Of a DNA stretch of 64,000 nucleotides, positions 42,891-52,416 are shown in pieces. The stretch's first letter is position 1. Each line of letters starts with the position of its first letter. The stretch lies in the NCBI GenBank assembly GCA_964571855.1, contig CAZNDO010000016.1, positions 4,601 through 68,600 of the forward strand, read 5' to 3'. A program made the position numbers and the translations under genes. Source of the stretch: an uncultured Gemmatimonadota bacterium. GTDB taxonomy: Bacteria > ARS69. The notes below the pieces were generated by a model. The model did not search any database. It had not been told where the DNA came from and worked only from the letters and a program-made list of their open reading frames with translations.

Positions 42891-44006
42891 TTGACGAGTT
42901 CCGCGATCACCCGCGCTGTCGAATACCTTGCCGCGTGCGAGGTTCCCGCGGTGCGCCTGCACGCCGCGCGCACGCTGGGAAGCCCGCGCCGCTTCGGCGC
43001 CGTGCGCGCGCTGCGCGCGGAGGCGGAGCGCGACATGTTCGCGCGCGACGTCCGCGAGCTCTTCCTCTCGCCGTATGTGCAAGCATCGCGCACGGGGCGC
43101 CTGCGCGGACCGGCGGCCGACGTGCTCGGTCGCGTGCTTTCCTGCAATGCATCCGTGGCGCTGGATGCCCTGCTGGCCCGCGGTTGCAATGACCCGGGTC
43201 GCGCGGTGGACCGCGTGCTGCGCGGGATGCTCTCGCGCGCGCACGACCGCGGCTTCTTCTTCGAGCCGCGGCAGGAGTCGGACGCGCACCGCCTCGCGGG
43301 CCGTCCGCAGGAGGTCTGCTTCCTCCCGGTCACGGCGGCGTACTGCCGGTACCTCGTGGGCTACGGCCAGGGCCGCGACCCGCGGGTCCGCCGCGCGTTC
43401 GAGTGGATCCTGGAGTACCAGGAGGCGGACGGCACCTGGCGCGCGCCGCCGAAGGAGTGCCGGGACGGCACCGAGAGCTACACCCGCACGCGCCTGGTGG
43501 CGGAGGCGGTGGCGGAACTCCCCGCGACCGCGCTGAAGCGGTGGGCGGGGGAGCGGCGGCGGCTCGCCACCGGCTGGGCGGACCGGATCCTGGCCACCTG
43601 CGACGAGCCGGACGCGGTGCTGCCGTCCCCGAACCTGACGCCCGACCGGCGCGGCAGCCGGGACCCCGCCGCCGCGGACGAGAGCCTGAAGGGCCGGCTC
43701 CTGTACTTCCCGCTCGAGGATCTCTGGCTTGCCCTGCGGCTGGGCGCCTCGCCCCGGCACGCGAACCTCGCCCCCTGGATCACTTGGGTGCAGGAGTCCC
43801 AGCAGCCCGACGGCTCGTGGCGGCTGCGGAACCCCGGCCTCCGCGAACGGCTTCTCCTCTCCGATCCGAACGGCCGCCTCCGCGCGGAGGCCCTCTTCCT
43901 CTCCGACGAGTGGATCACGCTGCGCGCGGCGCAGATCCTCCGCATGGCGCGGCGCGCGGCCCGGTCCTCGCGGTCCGGGGTTCCGGAGAGCGTCGCGGCG
44001 GCGTAG
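42891..44006 (+). CDS. Prenyltransferase/squalene-cyclase-repeat (alpha/alpha-toroid) protein, hypothetical.
   Basis: Two QxxxGxW repeats (YQEADGTWRAP, SQQPDGSWRL). The start is uncertain (TTG at 42891 or GTG at 42951). Confidence 0.5.
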   Translation: MTSSAITRAVEYLAACEVPAVRLHAARTLGSPRRFGAVRALRAEAERDMFARDVRELFLSPYVQASRTGRLRGPAADVLGRVLSCNASVALDALLARGCNDPGRAVDRVLRGMLSRAHDRGFFFEPRQESDAHRLAGRPQEVCFLPVTAAYCRYLVGYGQGRDPRVRRAFEWILEYQEADGTWRAPPKECRDGTESYTRTRLVAEAVAELPATALKRWAGERRRLATGWADRILATCDEPDAVLPSPNLTPDRRGSRDPAAADESLKGRLLYFPLEDLWLALRLGASPRHANLAPWITWVQESQQPDGSWRLRNPGLRERLLLSDPNGRLRAEALFLSDEWITLRAAQILRMARRAARSSRSGVPESVAAA

Positions 44007-44040
44007 ATTCGGACCGCCAACCCCGCTTCCGGAGGGGACC

Positions 44041-44448
44041 ATGCCCATCGAGGCCACCGGCTACGGGCTTCGCGTACACCTGCCGATCCGCTACGACGAT
44101 GCCGTGCGGCGCATCACCGAGAGCCTCGCCGAGGAGGGCTTCGGCGTGCTCACGGAGATCGACGTGAAAGCCACGCTGCAGCGGAAGCTGGGCGAGGGCT
44201 TCCGGCGCTACGTGATCCTGGGCGCGTGCAATCCGCAGCTCGCGCACCGCGCGCTCGGCGCGGAACTGGAGATCGGCCTGCTGCTCCCGTGCAACGTGGT
44301 CGTGTACGAGGAGAACGAGGACGGCTGCGTGGTCGCCGCCGTGGATCCGGACGCCATGCTCGGTGTGGTGGGGTCCGAGGGTCTCGCCGGCGTGGCCGCG
44401 GAGGCGAAGGCCCGCATCGTCCGCGCGCTGGAGCGGATCGCGGCGTGA
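44041..44448 (+). CDS. DUF302 domain protein.
   Basis: GGAGGGGA RBS. 135 aa. Pattern LAEEGFGVLTEIDVKATLQRKLG...YVILGACNP. Confidence 0.6.
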   Translation: MPIEATGYGLRVHLPIRYDDAVRRITESLAEEGFGVLTEIDVKATLQRKLGEGFRRYVILGACNPQLAHRALGAELEIGLLLPCNVVVYEENEDGCVVAAVDPDAMLGVVGSEGLAGVAAEAKARIVRALERIAA

Positions 44449-44458
44449 ACCGCCGCAC

Positions 44459-45751
44459 GTGACGCTCGGCCTCCTGGCCGCCGGCGGGGTGTGCGTCCTC
44501 GCCGGCGCGGCGACGGTGGCAATCCATCCGGATCCCGTGGCGGCCGCGCCCTGGGCCGCGCCGGGGGTACTGCTGATGACCGCGGGGTGGGCCGCCGGGG
44601 TGCGCGCGGCATCCCGGAGCGGGTGCGCGCGGGACCTCGTGCTCGTTCTCGCCGTCGCCGCCGCGGCGCGCCTCCTGCTTCTCGTGCCCGCGACGCCGCT
44701 GTCGGACGACCTCTACCGCTACCTCTGGGAAGGGCGCGCGGGCAACGCGGGGTTCGATCCCTTCGTGCACGCGCCCGACGCGCCGGAGCTGGCCGCGCTG
44801 GCCGATCCGGTGATCCGGCCGCGGGTCAACCACCCGGACATCCCCACGATCTACCCGCCCGTCGCGCAGATCCTCTTCCGCGCGCAGGCCGCGCTCGCTT
44901 ACGCGCCGATCACGCCCCGCGTCACGGCGGCGCTGGCGGACCTCGCGTCGGTACTGCTGCTCGCGGCGCTCCTTCGCGGCCGCGGTCGTCCCGCGGCGCT
45001 CGCCGGGGTGTTCGCGTGGTGTCCGCTCGCGATCCTGGAGGGCGCGGGCGGCGGGCATGTGGACGCGGCCGGCGTCGCGCTGCTGCTCGCGGCGCTCCTC
45101 GCCGCGGAGCGCGCGCGGGCCGGACCCGCCGGGACGCTCCTCGCCCTGTCCGCGCTCATGAAGCCCATGGCGGTACTGCTCGTCCCGCGGCTGCTCGCGA
45201 CGGGACCGATGCGGCGACGCCTCGCCTTCGTCGCCGGGGCGGCGCTCGCGTCGCTCGCCTGCGTGCCGTACCTGGATGCGGGCGCGTCGCTCCTCACGGG
45301 GCTGCGCACGTACGCGGAGCACTGGCGGTTCCACGACGCCCTGTACACGCCCCTGACGGCCGCGGGCATGGCCCCGCGCACGGCGCGGCTCGCCCTGGCC
45401 GGCGCCACCGCCGCCGTCGCGTTCGCGGTGGTCCGCCGGCCGCGCGATCCCCTCGCGGCCGCCGGCATCGCGCTGGCCGCGGCCCTCGCGCTGTCGCCCA
45501 CGGTCCACCCGTGGTACGGCGTGTGGCTCGTGCCGCTTCTCCCGTTCCTGCCGCGCACCGTGCGCCCGGCGGCGGCCGCGCTCGTCACGCTGCTTCCGCT
45601 CGCGTACGTGACGCCGTGGCGCCGCGCGGTCACGGGATCCTGGGACGAACCGCTGTGGCCGCGCGCGATCACCTGGACCGTCGTGGCGCTGACGCTGGCC
45701 TTCGGGCTCCTCCGTCGCGGGCTTCCGTCCGCCGCCGGCCGCCGCGCCTAG
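44459..45751 (+). CDS. Polytopic membrane glycosyltransferase-like protein (GT87/DUF2029/PIG-M-like mannosyltransferase fold).
   Basis: About 10 transmembrane helices. First-loop motif DDLYRYLWEGR..GFDPF, then HPDIPTIYPPVAQ. GTG start 10 nt after the DUF302 stop. Confidence 0.55.
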   Translation: MTLGLLAAGGVCVLAGAATVAIHPDPVAAAPWAAPGVLLMTAGWAAGVRAASRSGCARDLVLVLAVAAAARLLLLVPATPLSDDLYRYLWEGRAGNAGFDPFVHAPDAPELAALADPVIRPRVNHPDIPTIYPPVAQILFRAQAALAYAPITPRVTAALADLASVLLLAALLRGRGRPAALAGVFAWCPLAILEGAGGGHVDAAGVALLLAALLAAERARAGPAGTLLALSALMKPMAVLLVPRLLATGPMRRRLAFVAGAALASLACVPYLDAGASLLTGLRTYAEHWRFHDALYTPLTAAGMAPRTARLALAGATAAVAFAVVRRPRDPLAAAGIALAAALALSPTVHPWYGVWLVPLLPFLPRTVRPAAAALVTLLPLAYVTPWRRAVTGSWDEPLWPRAITWTVVALTLAFGLLRRGLPSAAGRRA

Positions 45752-46464
45752 GCTCGCCGGAGCGCCTCCCGCAGGATCGTGCCGAGGATCTTGCGCGATG
45801 CGCCGATCGTGCCGGCGACCGTCCCGCTGATCTTCGATCGCCCCACGCGGCGGCGGTAGCTCACCGGGACCTCCGCGCAGCGGAGCCCGCGGCGGGCGGC
45901 CTTCACCTGCATCTCGACGGTCCAGCCGAAGTCGCGGTCGCGCATGTCCAGCGACGCGAGCGCGCCGGCGCGGATGGCGCGGAACGGGCCGAGGTCCGTG
46001 AAGCGGACGCCGAAGAAGCGGCGGATCAACGTGGTGGCGAGGGCGTTGCCGAAGCGCGCGTGCGGCAGCAGGGCGCCGCGCTCCCGCCGGCCGAGCGTGC
46101 GGCTCCCGATGACCAGGTCCGCGCGCCCCTCGAGCAGCGGCGCGAGCACGTCGGCCAGCTCCTCTGGCCGGTCGGAGAAGTCGGCGTCCACGAACGCCAC
46201 GATGTCGGGCGCGTCGCACGCCGCGATCCCGGCCAGGCACGCCGCGCCGTACCCTCGCTCCGGCTCGGTCACCACGCGGGCGCCGTGCTCCCGCGCCACC
46301 CGGGCCGTCGCGTCCGCGGAACCGTTGTCCACCACCACGATCTCGCGCACGAGCGTCCGGGGCAGCGCGCGCAGCACGAGCGGGAGCGAGCGCTCCTCGT
46401 TCAGCGCGGGGATCACCACGGAGACGCGCGGCGACGCCGCGCTCCCGGGCGGCGCCCCCGTCAC
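45748..46464 (-). CDS. Family 2 glycosyltransferase (Dpm1/polyprenol-phosphate sugar synthase-like, soluble).
   Basis: Motifs VSVVIPALNEE, VVVDNGSAD, and VAFVDADFS (DXD). The GTG overlaps the upstream GT2 stop (GTGA). Confidence 0.7.
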   Translation of the reverse strand: MTGAPPGSAASPRVSVVIPALNEERSLPLVLRALPRTLVREIVVVDNGSADATARVAREHGARVVTEPERGYGAACLAGIAACDAPDIVAFVDADFSDRPEELADVLAPLLEGRADLVIGSRTLGRRERGALLPHARFGNALATTLIRRFFGVRFTDLGPFRAIRAGALASLDMRDRDFGWTVEMQVKAARRGLRCAEVPVSYRRRVGRSKISGTVAGTIGASRKILGTILREALRRA

Positions 46465-47939
46465 GGCACGGGGCGGCGCGGCCACGGGCCGACCGACTGG
46501 AGGCCCACCCAGAGGTAGCCGGAGAGGAACAGCGCGACAAACGGGGCCGCCCCGAGCAGTCCCCGGTCCAGCACGAAGCCGAGGATCCACGCGAAGTACG
46601 CGCCGAGCAGCAGCTCCGCCCACGCCGTGCCGCTGCGCATCCCGCGGTACAGCTTCCCGCGCGGCGTGTCGTGCCGCGAGCGGATGTCGTACTTCGGGGT
46701 GCGGTGGAAGGGTGACGGCCCGCCGAACAGTCCTTCGAGGACGGCGCGCGTGTTGTTCACGGACAGCCCGATGGCCACCGCCATCACCGCCGGGAAGTAC
46801 CGCCACTGCCGCGCCAGGCTCCTCCCGGCGCCGGTGGTGGCGACCGCGTAGAACCACACGACGGATCCCGTGGCGAAGAGGAAGAGCGGCAGCTCGACGG
46901 CCAGCCGCGTCCCCAGCTCCGCCGCGTAGCGAACCAGCACCGCCGGGTACGCGCACACCGACAGCGCGAGCACGAGCGCGTACGTGGCGTTGTGCACGAG
47001 ATGCACCGAGGTCTCGACCTTGCGCGCGAACGGCAGCCGCGACGCCCAGATGCGGGGGAGGATCCGTCGCGCCACCTGCATCGATCCCTTCACCCAGCGG
47101 AACTGCTGGCTCTTGACGGCCCGCATGTCCACCGGCAGCTCCGCCGCGCACGTCACGTGCTGCAGGTACTCGAACCGCCACCCGGCGAGCTGCGCGCGGT
47201 ACGAGAGATCCAGGTCCTCGGTGAGGGTGTCGTCCCGCCAGCCGCCCGCGTCCTCGATGCAGGAGCGTCGCCAGACGCCCGCCGTCCCGTTGAAGTTGAA
47301 GAACAGGCCGTTCTTCGCCCGGGCCTCGTGCTCCACCACGAAATGCCCGTCCAGCGTGATCCCCTGCACGCGCGAGAGCAGCGACCAGTCCGCGTTCAGG
47401 TGCTCCCAGCGGACCTGCACCATGCCCACCCGCGGGTCGGTGAAGCGCGGCACGATGCGCTGCAGCAGGGAGGGCTCCGGCACGAAGTCCGCGTCCAGGA
47501 TGAGGATCAACTCGCCCTTCGCGCGCTGCAGCCCCCACGCGAGCGCGCCGGCCTTGTAGCCGCGGCGGTCGGGCCGGCGCAGGTGGCGGATGTCCACCCC
47601 CTGCGCGGACAGCCGCTCCACGTCCTCGCGCGCGGCATCCACGGTGGCGTCCGTGGAGTCGTCCAGGACCTGGATCTCCAGGAGCTCGCGGGGGTAGTCC
47701 AGGGCGGCGGCGGCGCGGATCAGGCGCCGGACGACGTACAGCTCGTTGTACACGGGAAGCTGGACGGTCACGCGCGGGAGCCGCTCCGGGAGCGGCGCCT
47801 CCGGCAGCGGTTGCCGCCGCGCGCGCCGGTACAGCCGGAGCACCCACAGCCGCCGCAGCCCGAGCAGCGCGAACACCGACCAGAGGCCGAAGTAGACGCC
47901 GATCAGGCTCTTCTCGAGGAGGGAGAGGGTGACGTCCAA
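46461..47939 (-). CDS. Processive membrane GT2 glycosyltransferase (cellulose/hyaluronan-synthase-like).
   Basis: Motifs PRVTVQLPVYNE, DDSTD, ILILDADF, TEDLDLS, and QQFRWVKG (QxxRW). C-terminal transmembrane helices. The start is uncertain (TTG at 47939, or GTG at 48026 adding an Arg/Pro head). Confidence 0.7.
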   Translation of the reverse strand: MDVTLSLLEKSLIGVYFGLWSVFALLGLRRLWVLRLYRRARRQPLPEAPLPERLPRVTVQLPVYNELYVVRRLIRAAAALDYPRELLEIQVLDDSTDATVDAAREDVERLSAQGVDIRHLRRPDRRGYKAGALAWGLQRAKGELILILDADFVPEPSLLQRIVPRFTDPRVGMVQVRWEHLNADWSLLSRVQGITLDGHFVVEHEARAKNGLFFNFNGTAGVWRRSCIEDAGGWRDDTLTEDLDLSYRAQLAGWRFEYLQHVTCAAELPVDMRAVKSQQFRWVKGSMQVARRILPRIWASRLPFARKVETSVHLVHNATYALVLALSVCAYPAVLVRYAAELGTRLAVELPLFLFATGSVVWFYAVATTGAGRSLARQWRYFPAVMAVAIGLSVNNTRAVLEGLFGGPSPFHRTPKYDIRSRHDTPRGKLYRGMRSGTAWAELLLGAYFAWILGFVLDRGLLGAAPFVALFLSGYLWVGLQSVGPWPRRPVP

Positions 47940-48159
47940 GGGCTGTCGCTCACGGGGCGATGAGGGACGACGGGGCGAGAGCCGCCGCGGGAACGTGCGG
48001 AACGGTGCGCGGGCGGCCGCGCGCACGATAGGGAGCGTCGCGGGGCGTCGTCAAGGTTCCTTGACCACCCCCCGCGCCGACGATAGCTTGTCGGTCCCGG
48101 CGCCCGACCCCCCGGATCCCGAATCCCCGGCGCCGGCTCCCTCATCCCACGAGCAGCCG

Positions 48160-48792
48160 ATGAGCCCGGACGACAGCCCCGCCGATCGCGACGCGGCGCT
48201 CGTCCGGCGCGCGCGGGACGGGGACGAGGCGGCCTTCGCGGAGCTCGTCGAGCGGCACCAGGGACGCGTGTACCAGCATGCGTCCCGGCTGATGGGCAAT
48301 GCCCAGGACGCGGAGGAGGTCCTGCAGGACACGTTCGTGCAGGTCTTCCGGAACCTGGACCGCTTCGAGGAGCGGTCCAAGTTCTCCACCTGGGTGTACC
48401 GCATCGCCACGAACGAGGCGCTCATGCGGCTGCGCCGCGTGAGCCGCCAGCGCGAGGTGGCGCTCGAGGACCTTCCGGCGGCTGCCGTCGATCGCGCCAG
48501 CGAGGAGCTGCGCGCGTTCGCCCGGTCGCCGCTGGATCACGTGATGGACCGGGAGGTCCGCGAGGCGTTGCAGCGCGCGCTGTCGGAGCTGCCGGAGGAG
48601 TACCGGGTGGTGTTCGTGCTGCGCGACGTGGACGAGTTGACCAACGCGGAGGCGGCCGAGATCCTCGGACTGACCGTCGCCGCGGTGAAGTCGCGGCTGC
48701 ACCGGGCGCGTCTCTTCCTGCGGGACCGGATCGCCGGATTCGTCGGCGGACGGCAGGGACGCGCCGCGGTGGAGGAGGAGCCCACCGGATGA
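48160..48792 (+). CDS. ECF-type RNA polymerase sigma factor.
   Basis: Region 2 FAELVERHQGRVYQHASRLMGNAQDAEEVLQDTFVQVF. Region 4 LPEEYRVVFVLRDVDELTNAEAAEILGLTVAAVKSRLHRAR. Confidence 0.8.
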   Translation: MSPDDSPADRDAALVRRARDGDEAAFAELVERHQGRVYQHASRLMGNAQDAEEVLQDTFVQVFRNLDRFEERSKFSTWVYRIATNEALMRLRRVSRQREVALEDLPAAAVDRASEELRAFARSPLDHVMDREVREALQRALSELPEEYRVVFVLRDVDELTNAEAAEILGLTVAAVKSRLHRARLFLRDRIAGFVGGRQGRAAVEEEPTG

Positions 48793-49064
48793 GCGATCCC
48801 TGCGGAGGGCACGAGGAGTGCCGGCGGCTCCGGGAGCTCCTCTCGGACTACGTGGACCAGGATCTCCGCGAGGCGATCCTGAAGGAGCTGGACCGGCACC
48901 TGGAGATGTGTCCGGATTGCCACGTGCAGGTGGACAGCGTGCGCCAGGTGATCCGCCTGTACCGGGAATCGTCGCAGGAGGCCATCCCCTACGACGTGCG
49001 CATCCGGCTGTTGGACGTGATCCGCCGCGCGCGATGCGGCGGGGACGAGAGCGGAACGGACTGA
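48789..49064 (+). CDS. Zinc-binding (ZAS-type) anti-sigma factor.
   Basis: ATGA overlap with the sigma factor stop. Motifs CGGHEEC and HLEMCPDCH (HxxxCxxC). Confidence 0.65.
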   Translation: MSDPCGGHEECRRLRELLSDYVDQDLREAILKELDRHLEMCPDCHVQVDSVRQVIRLYRESSQEAIPYDVRIRLLDVIRRARCGGDESGTD

Positions 49065-49118
49065 ACCGTCAATGCGTTCCCGGGAAGGGCCGGGGCGACG
49101 AACGCGAAGGGAGAACCG

Positions 49119-49442
49119 ATGAGCAACGCGATGGCCGTCACCGATGCGAACTTCGAGCAGGAGGTGCTGGGGGGGAAGGTCCCGGTGGTCGTTGACTTCT
49201 GGGCGGAGTGGTGCGGCCCGTGCCGCCTCATCGGCCCGCTCCTCGACGAGCTCGCCGGCGAGTACTCCGGCCGCGTCAAGGTGACGAAGCTCAACGTGGA
49301 CGAGAACCCGTCCACGTCGATGAAGTACGGCGTGCGCTCCATCCCCACGCTCCTGTTCTTCAAGGACGGGGAGGTCGTCGACCGGCTGATCGGCGCGGTG
49401 CCGAAGGCGGAGCTGAAGAAGAAGTTCGAGGCGGCGCTGTAG
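49119..49442 (+). CDS. trxA: Thioredoxin.
   Basis: Motif WAEWCGPCR. 107 aa. Confidence 0.9.
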   Translation: MSNAMAVTDANFEQEVLGGKVPVVVDFWAEWCGPCRLIGPLLDELAGEYSGRVKVTKLNVDENPSTSMKYGVRSIPTLLFFKDGEVVDRLIGAVPKAELKKKFEAAL

Positions 49443-49467
49443 CGCCGTCCGTCGGGCGCGGAACCAC

Positions 49468-49507
49468 GGGAGGAGGGGGCCGAACCGGCTCCCTCCTCCC
49501 GTGTTAT
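49468..49507 (+). terminator. Rho-independent terminator after trxA.
   Basis: GGGAGGAGGG-ggccgaaccggct-CCCTCCTCCC, followed by gtgttat. Confidence 0.6.
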
Positions 49508-49546
49508 GGTGACCGGCACTCGTCACCCTCCAGGAGAGAGCGCGCG

Positions 49547-51730
49547 ATGATCCGCCTTCCCCGCATGCTGCCGCGCGTCCCCGCGACGCTGGCGGCGCTT
49601 TGCCTCGCCGTCCCGGGCCTGGCCGTCCCCGCGCCCGCGCACGCGGACGGTCTCGTGCGTGCCCGCGTCGTGGTCGACGCCACCGATCCGGCTGCCGTCA
49701 AGGTCCGCCAGGAACTGCAATGGAACGCCGAGGGCGGCACGCCCCGCACGGAGCTGGCGTTCCACCTGGCGCCCGGCGTCGAGGTCACGGCCGCGCAGTC
49801 CGAGGGGACCGCCCTCCGGTTCCGCGGCGAAGCGGCCGCGGGCGGCGCCACCAAGCGCTGGGTCGTGAACCTGGCCGTTCCCCTGGCGCCGGGCGCCTCG
49901 CGGCCCCTGGTCGTGGAGACGCGCGTGCCCGCCGACGGCACGCCGGGCATGTACTGCGGCGCGAAGGGCGGGTACCTGCTGCCGGGCTCCGGCTGGTTCG
50001 CCTCGCTGGGCCCGGACGTCCTGGAGATCCCGCCGCACGTGACGGAGTTCGTCCTGCCCGCGGGCTGGGACGGGATCGCGTGCGGAACGCGCGCCGCCGG
50101 CGACGCGAAGTGGACCGCCACGCCGGGCCGCCCGTACGCCGTGTGGGGGGCGTACCGGAGCGTGGAGGCGTCGGCCGGCAAGCAGTCGTTCGTCGTGTGG
50201 CGGCGCGAAGGGAGCGGGGAGGCCCCGCGCCTCGCGCGGATCGCCGAGCTGATCGATGCGGTCGGCATCGCGGTCGGGGACGCGCCGGGCTCCGGCGCGT
50301 GGAAACTCGTCGACGTCGGACGCGGCGTCGCCGCCGGCGGGCAGCGCACGCTGTTCTGGGACGAGCGCGCCGTCGCGGCGGCGAGCGGGGACGACGTCCT
50401 CGGCGTCGAGCGCGACCTCGCGTCCGGCATCGGCATCGCGCACTGGCAGGAGGCGCTGCGGTTCACGGGGGAGCAGTCCGCGTTCCTGGGCGGCGGATTG
50501 TCGCGCTACCTCGGGGATGCCGCGCTCGTGGCCCTGGACTCCTCGGGCGACGAGGCGTGGCGCGTGGACGCGCGCATCATCGGCCCGCGCCGCGCGGCGT
50601 TCCTCGCCGGGCTCGCGAAGGACCGCGCGCTCGCGGGCCTGTCGCCCTTCGCGGCGGACGCGCCGCGGGTCCTGGACACGCGCGGCGCCCTCGTGGCGCA
50701 CATGTTCGCCGAGGCATGCCCCACGCGGCCGCTCTGGCTGCGGGTCCTGTACGGGCAGCGACGGGACCGCCAGGGCGGGACGCTCACGATCACGGAGTTC
50801 CTCGCCGCGCTGGACGAGAGGTTCCGCAACCAGCACCGTTTCCTCGCGCCGTACCTTGCCGGCACGGACCTTCCGGACTACGTCCTGGCGGGCCACGAAG
50901 CTTCGGACTTCGGGTCCGGGGATCGCCTGAAGATCGACGTGGCGAACCGGGGCACCGCGACCGGCTGGGCGGAGGTGGCCACGTACACCGTGGATGGCCG
51001 GATGCTGCGCAGCACGCGTCTCCTCGTGGGCCCGGGCGAGACGCGGAGCGTGCTCATGGGGGATGCATCACGGATCGGCCGGATCCGGTTGGAGCCCCGC
51101 GGCACCGCCCTGCAGTCCGCGGTGGGGAGCGAGGACGTGTCGCTCACGCCCTCCGCGGGCGCCACCGCCGAGTCGCACGTGCCCGCATTCCCGTTCGCGC
51201 CGGAAGGGTCCGGGATGCGGAAGGTGGAGAACCTCACGCTCGCCCTCGACGGCATCGAGATCCGGGGCTTCTCCGGGCTGCTCCAGTCCTGGGAGACGCA
51301 CCACGGCCCCAGCGGCGCCGTGCTCCTGGGCAAGGCCACCGTGGAGGTCCATCCCGGCGGGCCCTTCGCGGAGGCGTTCCGCGCGAAGATGGGCCGCGAG
51401 ACGCTCACGTTCAGCGCGGAGGATCTCTTCCTCCGCTTCCCCGTCGCGGCCTGGGAGAAGATCCGGCCCGCGCTCGGGGCGGCCGAACCCGAGCCGCTGC
51501 CGGCCGCCGTCGCCGGTCGCCGGCAGTTCGTGTACGAGCACAGCTTTCCCACGCGCTTCGCGGAGGGCGCGCTCGCGCAGGTGCCGCCGCCGGGCGGCGC
51601 GCTCGTGGTGTTCGGACTCGGAGGGGAGGAGTGGCGCGGCTACTCGCGCGAGCCGTTGCCGAACGGCAAGGTCGTCGTGCGGCTTTGGGACCACCTGCGC
51701 GGCACTCCCATCTGGGAGGCCACGCTCTGA
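49547..51730 (+). CDS. Large secreted hypothetical protein (727 aa).
   Basis: CAGGAGAGAG RBS. Signal peptide MIRLPRMLPRVPATLAALCLAVPGLAVPAPAHA. No HExxH or other catalytic motif found. Confidence 0.55.
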   Translation: MIRLPRMLPRVPATLAALCLAVPGLAVPAPAHADGLVRARVVVDATDPAAVKVRQELQWNAEGGTPRTELAFHLAPGVEVTAAQSEGTALRFRGEAAAGGATKRWVVNLAVPLAPGASRPLVVETRVPADGTPGMYCGAKGGYLLPGSGWFASLGPDVLEIPPHVTEFVLPAGWDGIACGTRAAGDAKWTATPGRPYAVWGAYRSVEASAGKQSFVVWRREGSGEAPRLARIAELIDAVGIAVGDAPGSGAWKLVDVGRGVAAGGQRTLFWDERAVAAASGDDVLGVERDLASGIGIAHWQEALRFTGEQSAFLGGGLSRYLGDAALVALDSSGDEAWRVDARIIGPRRAAFLAGLAKDRALAGLSPFAADAPRVLDTRGALVAHMFAEACPTRPLWLRVLYGQRRDRQGGTLTITEFLAALDERFRNQHRFLAPYLAGTDLPDYVLAGHEASDFGSGDRLKIDVANRGTATGWAEVATYTVDGRMLRSTRLLVGPGETRSVLMGDASRIGRIRLEPRGTALQSAVGSEDVSLTPSAGATAESHVPAFPFAPEGSGMRKVENLTLALDGIEIRGFSGLLQSWETHHGPSGAVLLGKATVEVHPGGPFAEAFRAKMGRETLTFSAEDLFLRFPVAAWEKIRPALGAAEPEPLPAAVAGRRQFVYEHSFPTRFAEGALAQVPPPGGALVVFGLGGEEWRGYSREPLPNGKVVVRLWDHLRGTPIWEATL

Positions 51731-51741
51731 GCCGACCGCGC

Positions 51742-52416
51742 GTGCCCGCGCGGGATCGCGCGCGGGCCGCGCGTCGCGGCGCGGCCGCGCGGACGGGGGC
51801 CTTCCTTCCCGCCGCGATCCTCGCCGCCGTCTCCCTCGGGACCGGCTGCGGCGCCCCGGCGTCCTATCCGGGCGATCTCGTCCCCGCATCCCTGGCGCCG
51901 GCGGCGCCCGCCGATGCCGCGCCCGACGCCCCGGTCGTCCTGCAGGCCGCGGACGTGGAGCGCCTCCCCTCCGGCCTCGCCCTCATCCGCGCGGACCGCG
52001 CCCGCGCGGCGCCGGCGTTCTCCCTGGCCGACGAGTCCGGAGTCGTGCACACGCCGGAGAGCCTCCGCGGCCGCGTGGTGCGGCTGGAGATGTGGGCGAC
52101 GTGGTGCGCCACCTGCCGCGCGGACTTCCCGCACCTGCAGCGCCAGCACGAGACGTGGGCGGAGCGCGGGGTCGTCGTGCTCGGCGTGTGCCGCGAGTCG
52201 AAGCGCGAGGACTTCGAGCAGGCGGTGCGGAAGGAGTGGCGCACGTTTCCGGTGGTGGACGCGAATGACGCGCGCGACTTCCCGTTCCCGGTGGGGGCGT
52301 TCCCCACCAGCGTCGTGCTGGACGCGGAGGGACGCGTGCGCGCGTTCTGGCAGGGGTGGCGCCCGCCCGAGGTCGTGGAGGAGGTTCTCGCGCGGCTCGT
52401 GGACGAGGCGTCGTGA
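51742..52416 (+). CDS. TlpA-like thioredoxin-fold lipoprotein.
   Basis: Lipobox AAVSLGTGC. Thioredoxin motif WATWCATC. Confidence 0.7.
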   Translation: MPARDRARAARRGAAARTGAFLPAAILAAVSLGTGCGAPASYPGDLVPASLAPAAPADAAPDAPVVLQAADVERLPSGLALIRADRARAAPAFSLADESGVVHTPESLRGRVVRLEMWATWCATCRADFPHLQRQHETWAERGVVVLGVCRESKREDFEQAVRKEWRTFPVVDANDARDFPFPVGAFPTSVVLDAEGRVRAFWQGWRPPEVVEEVLARLVDEAS

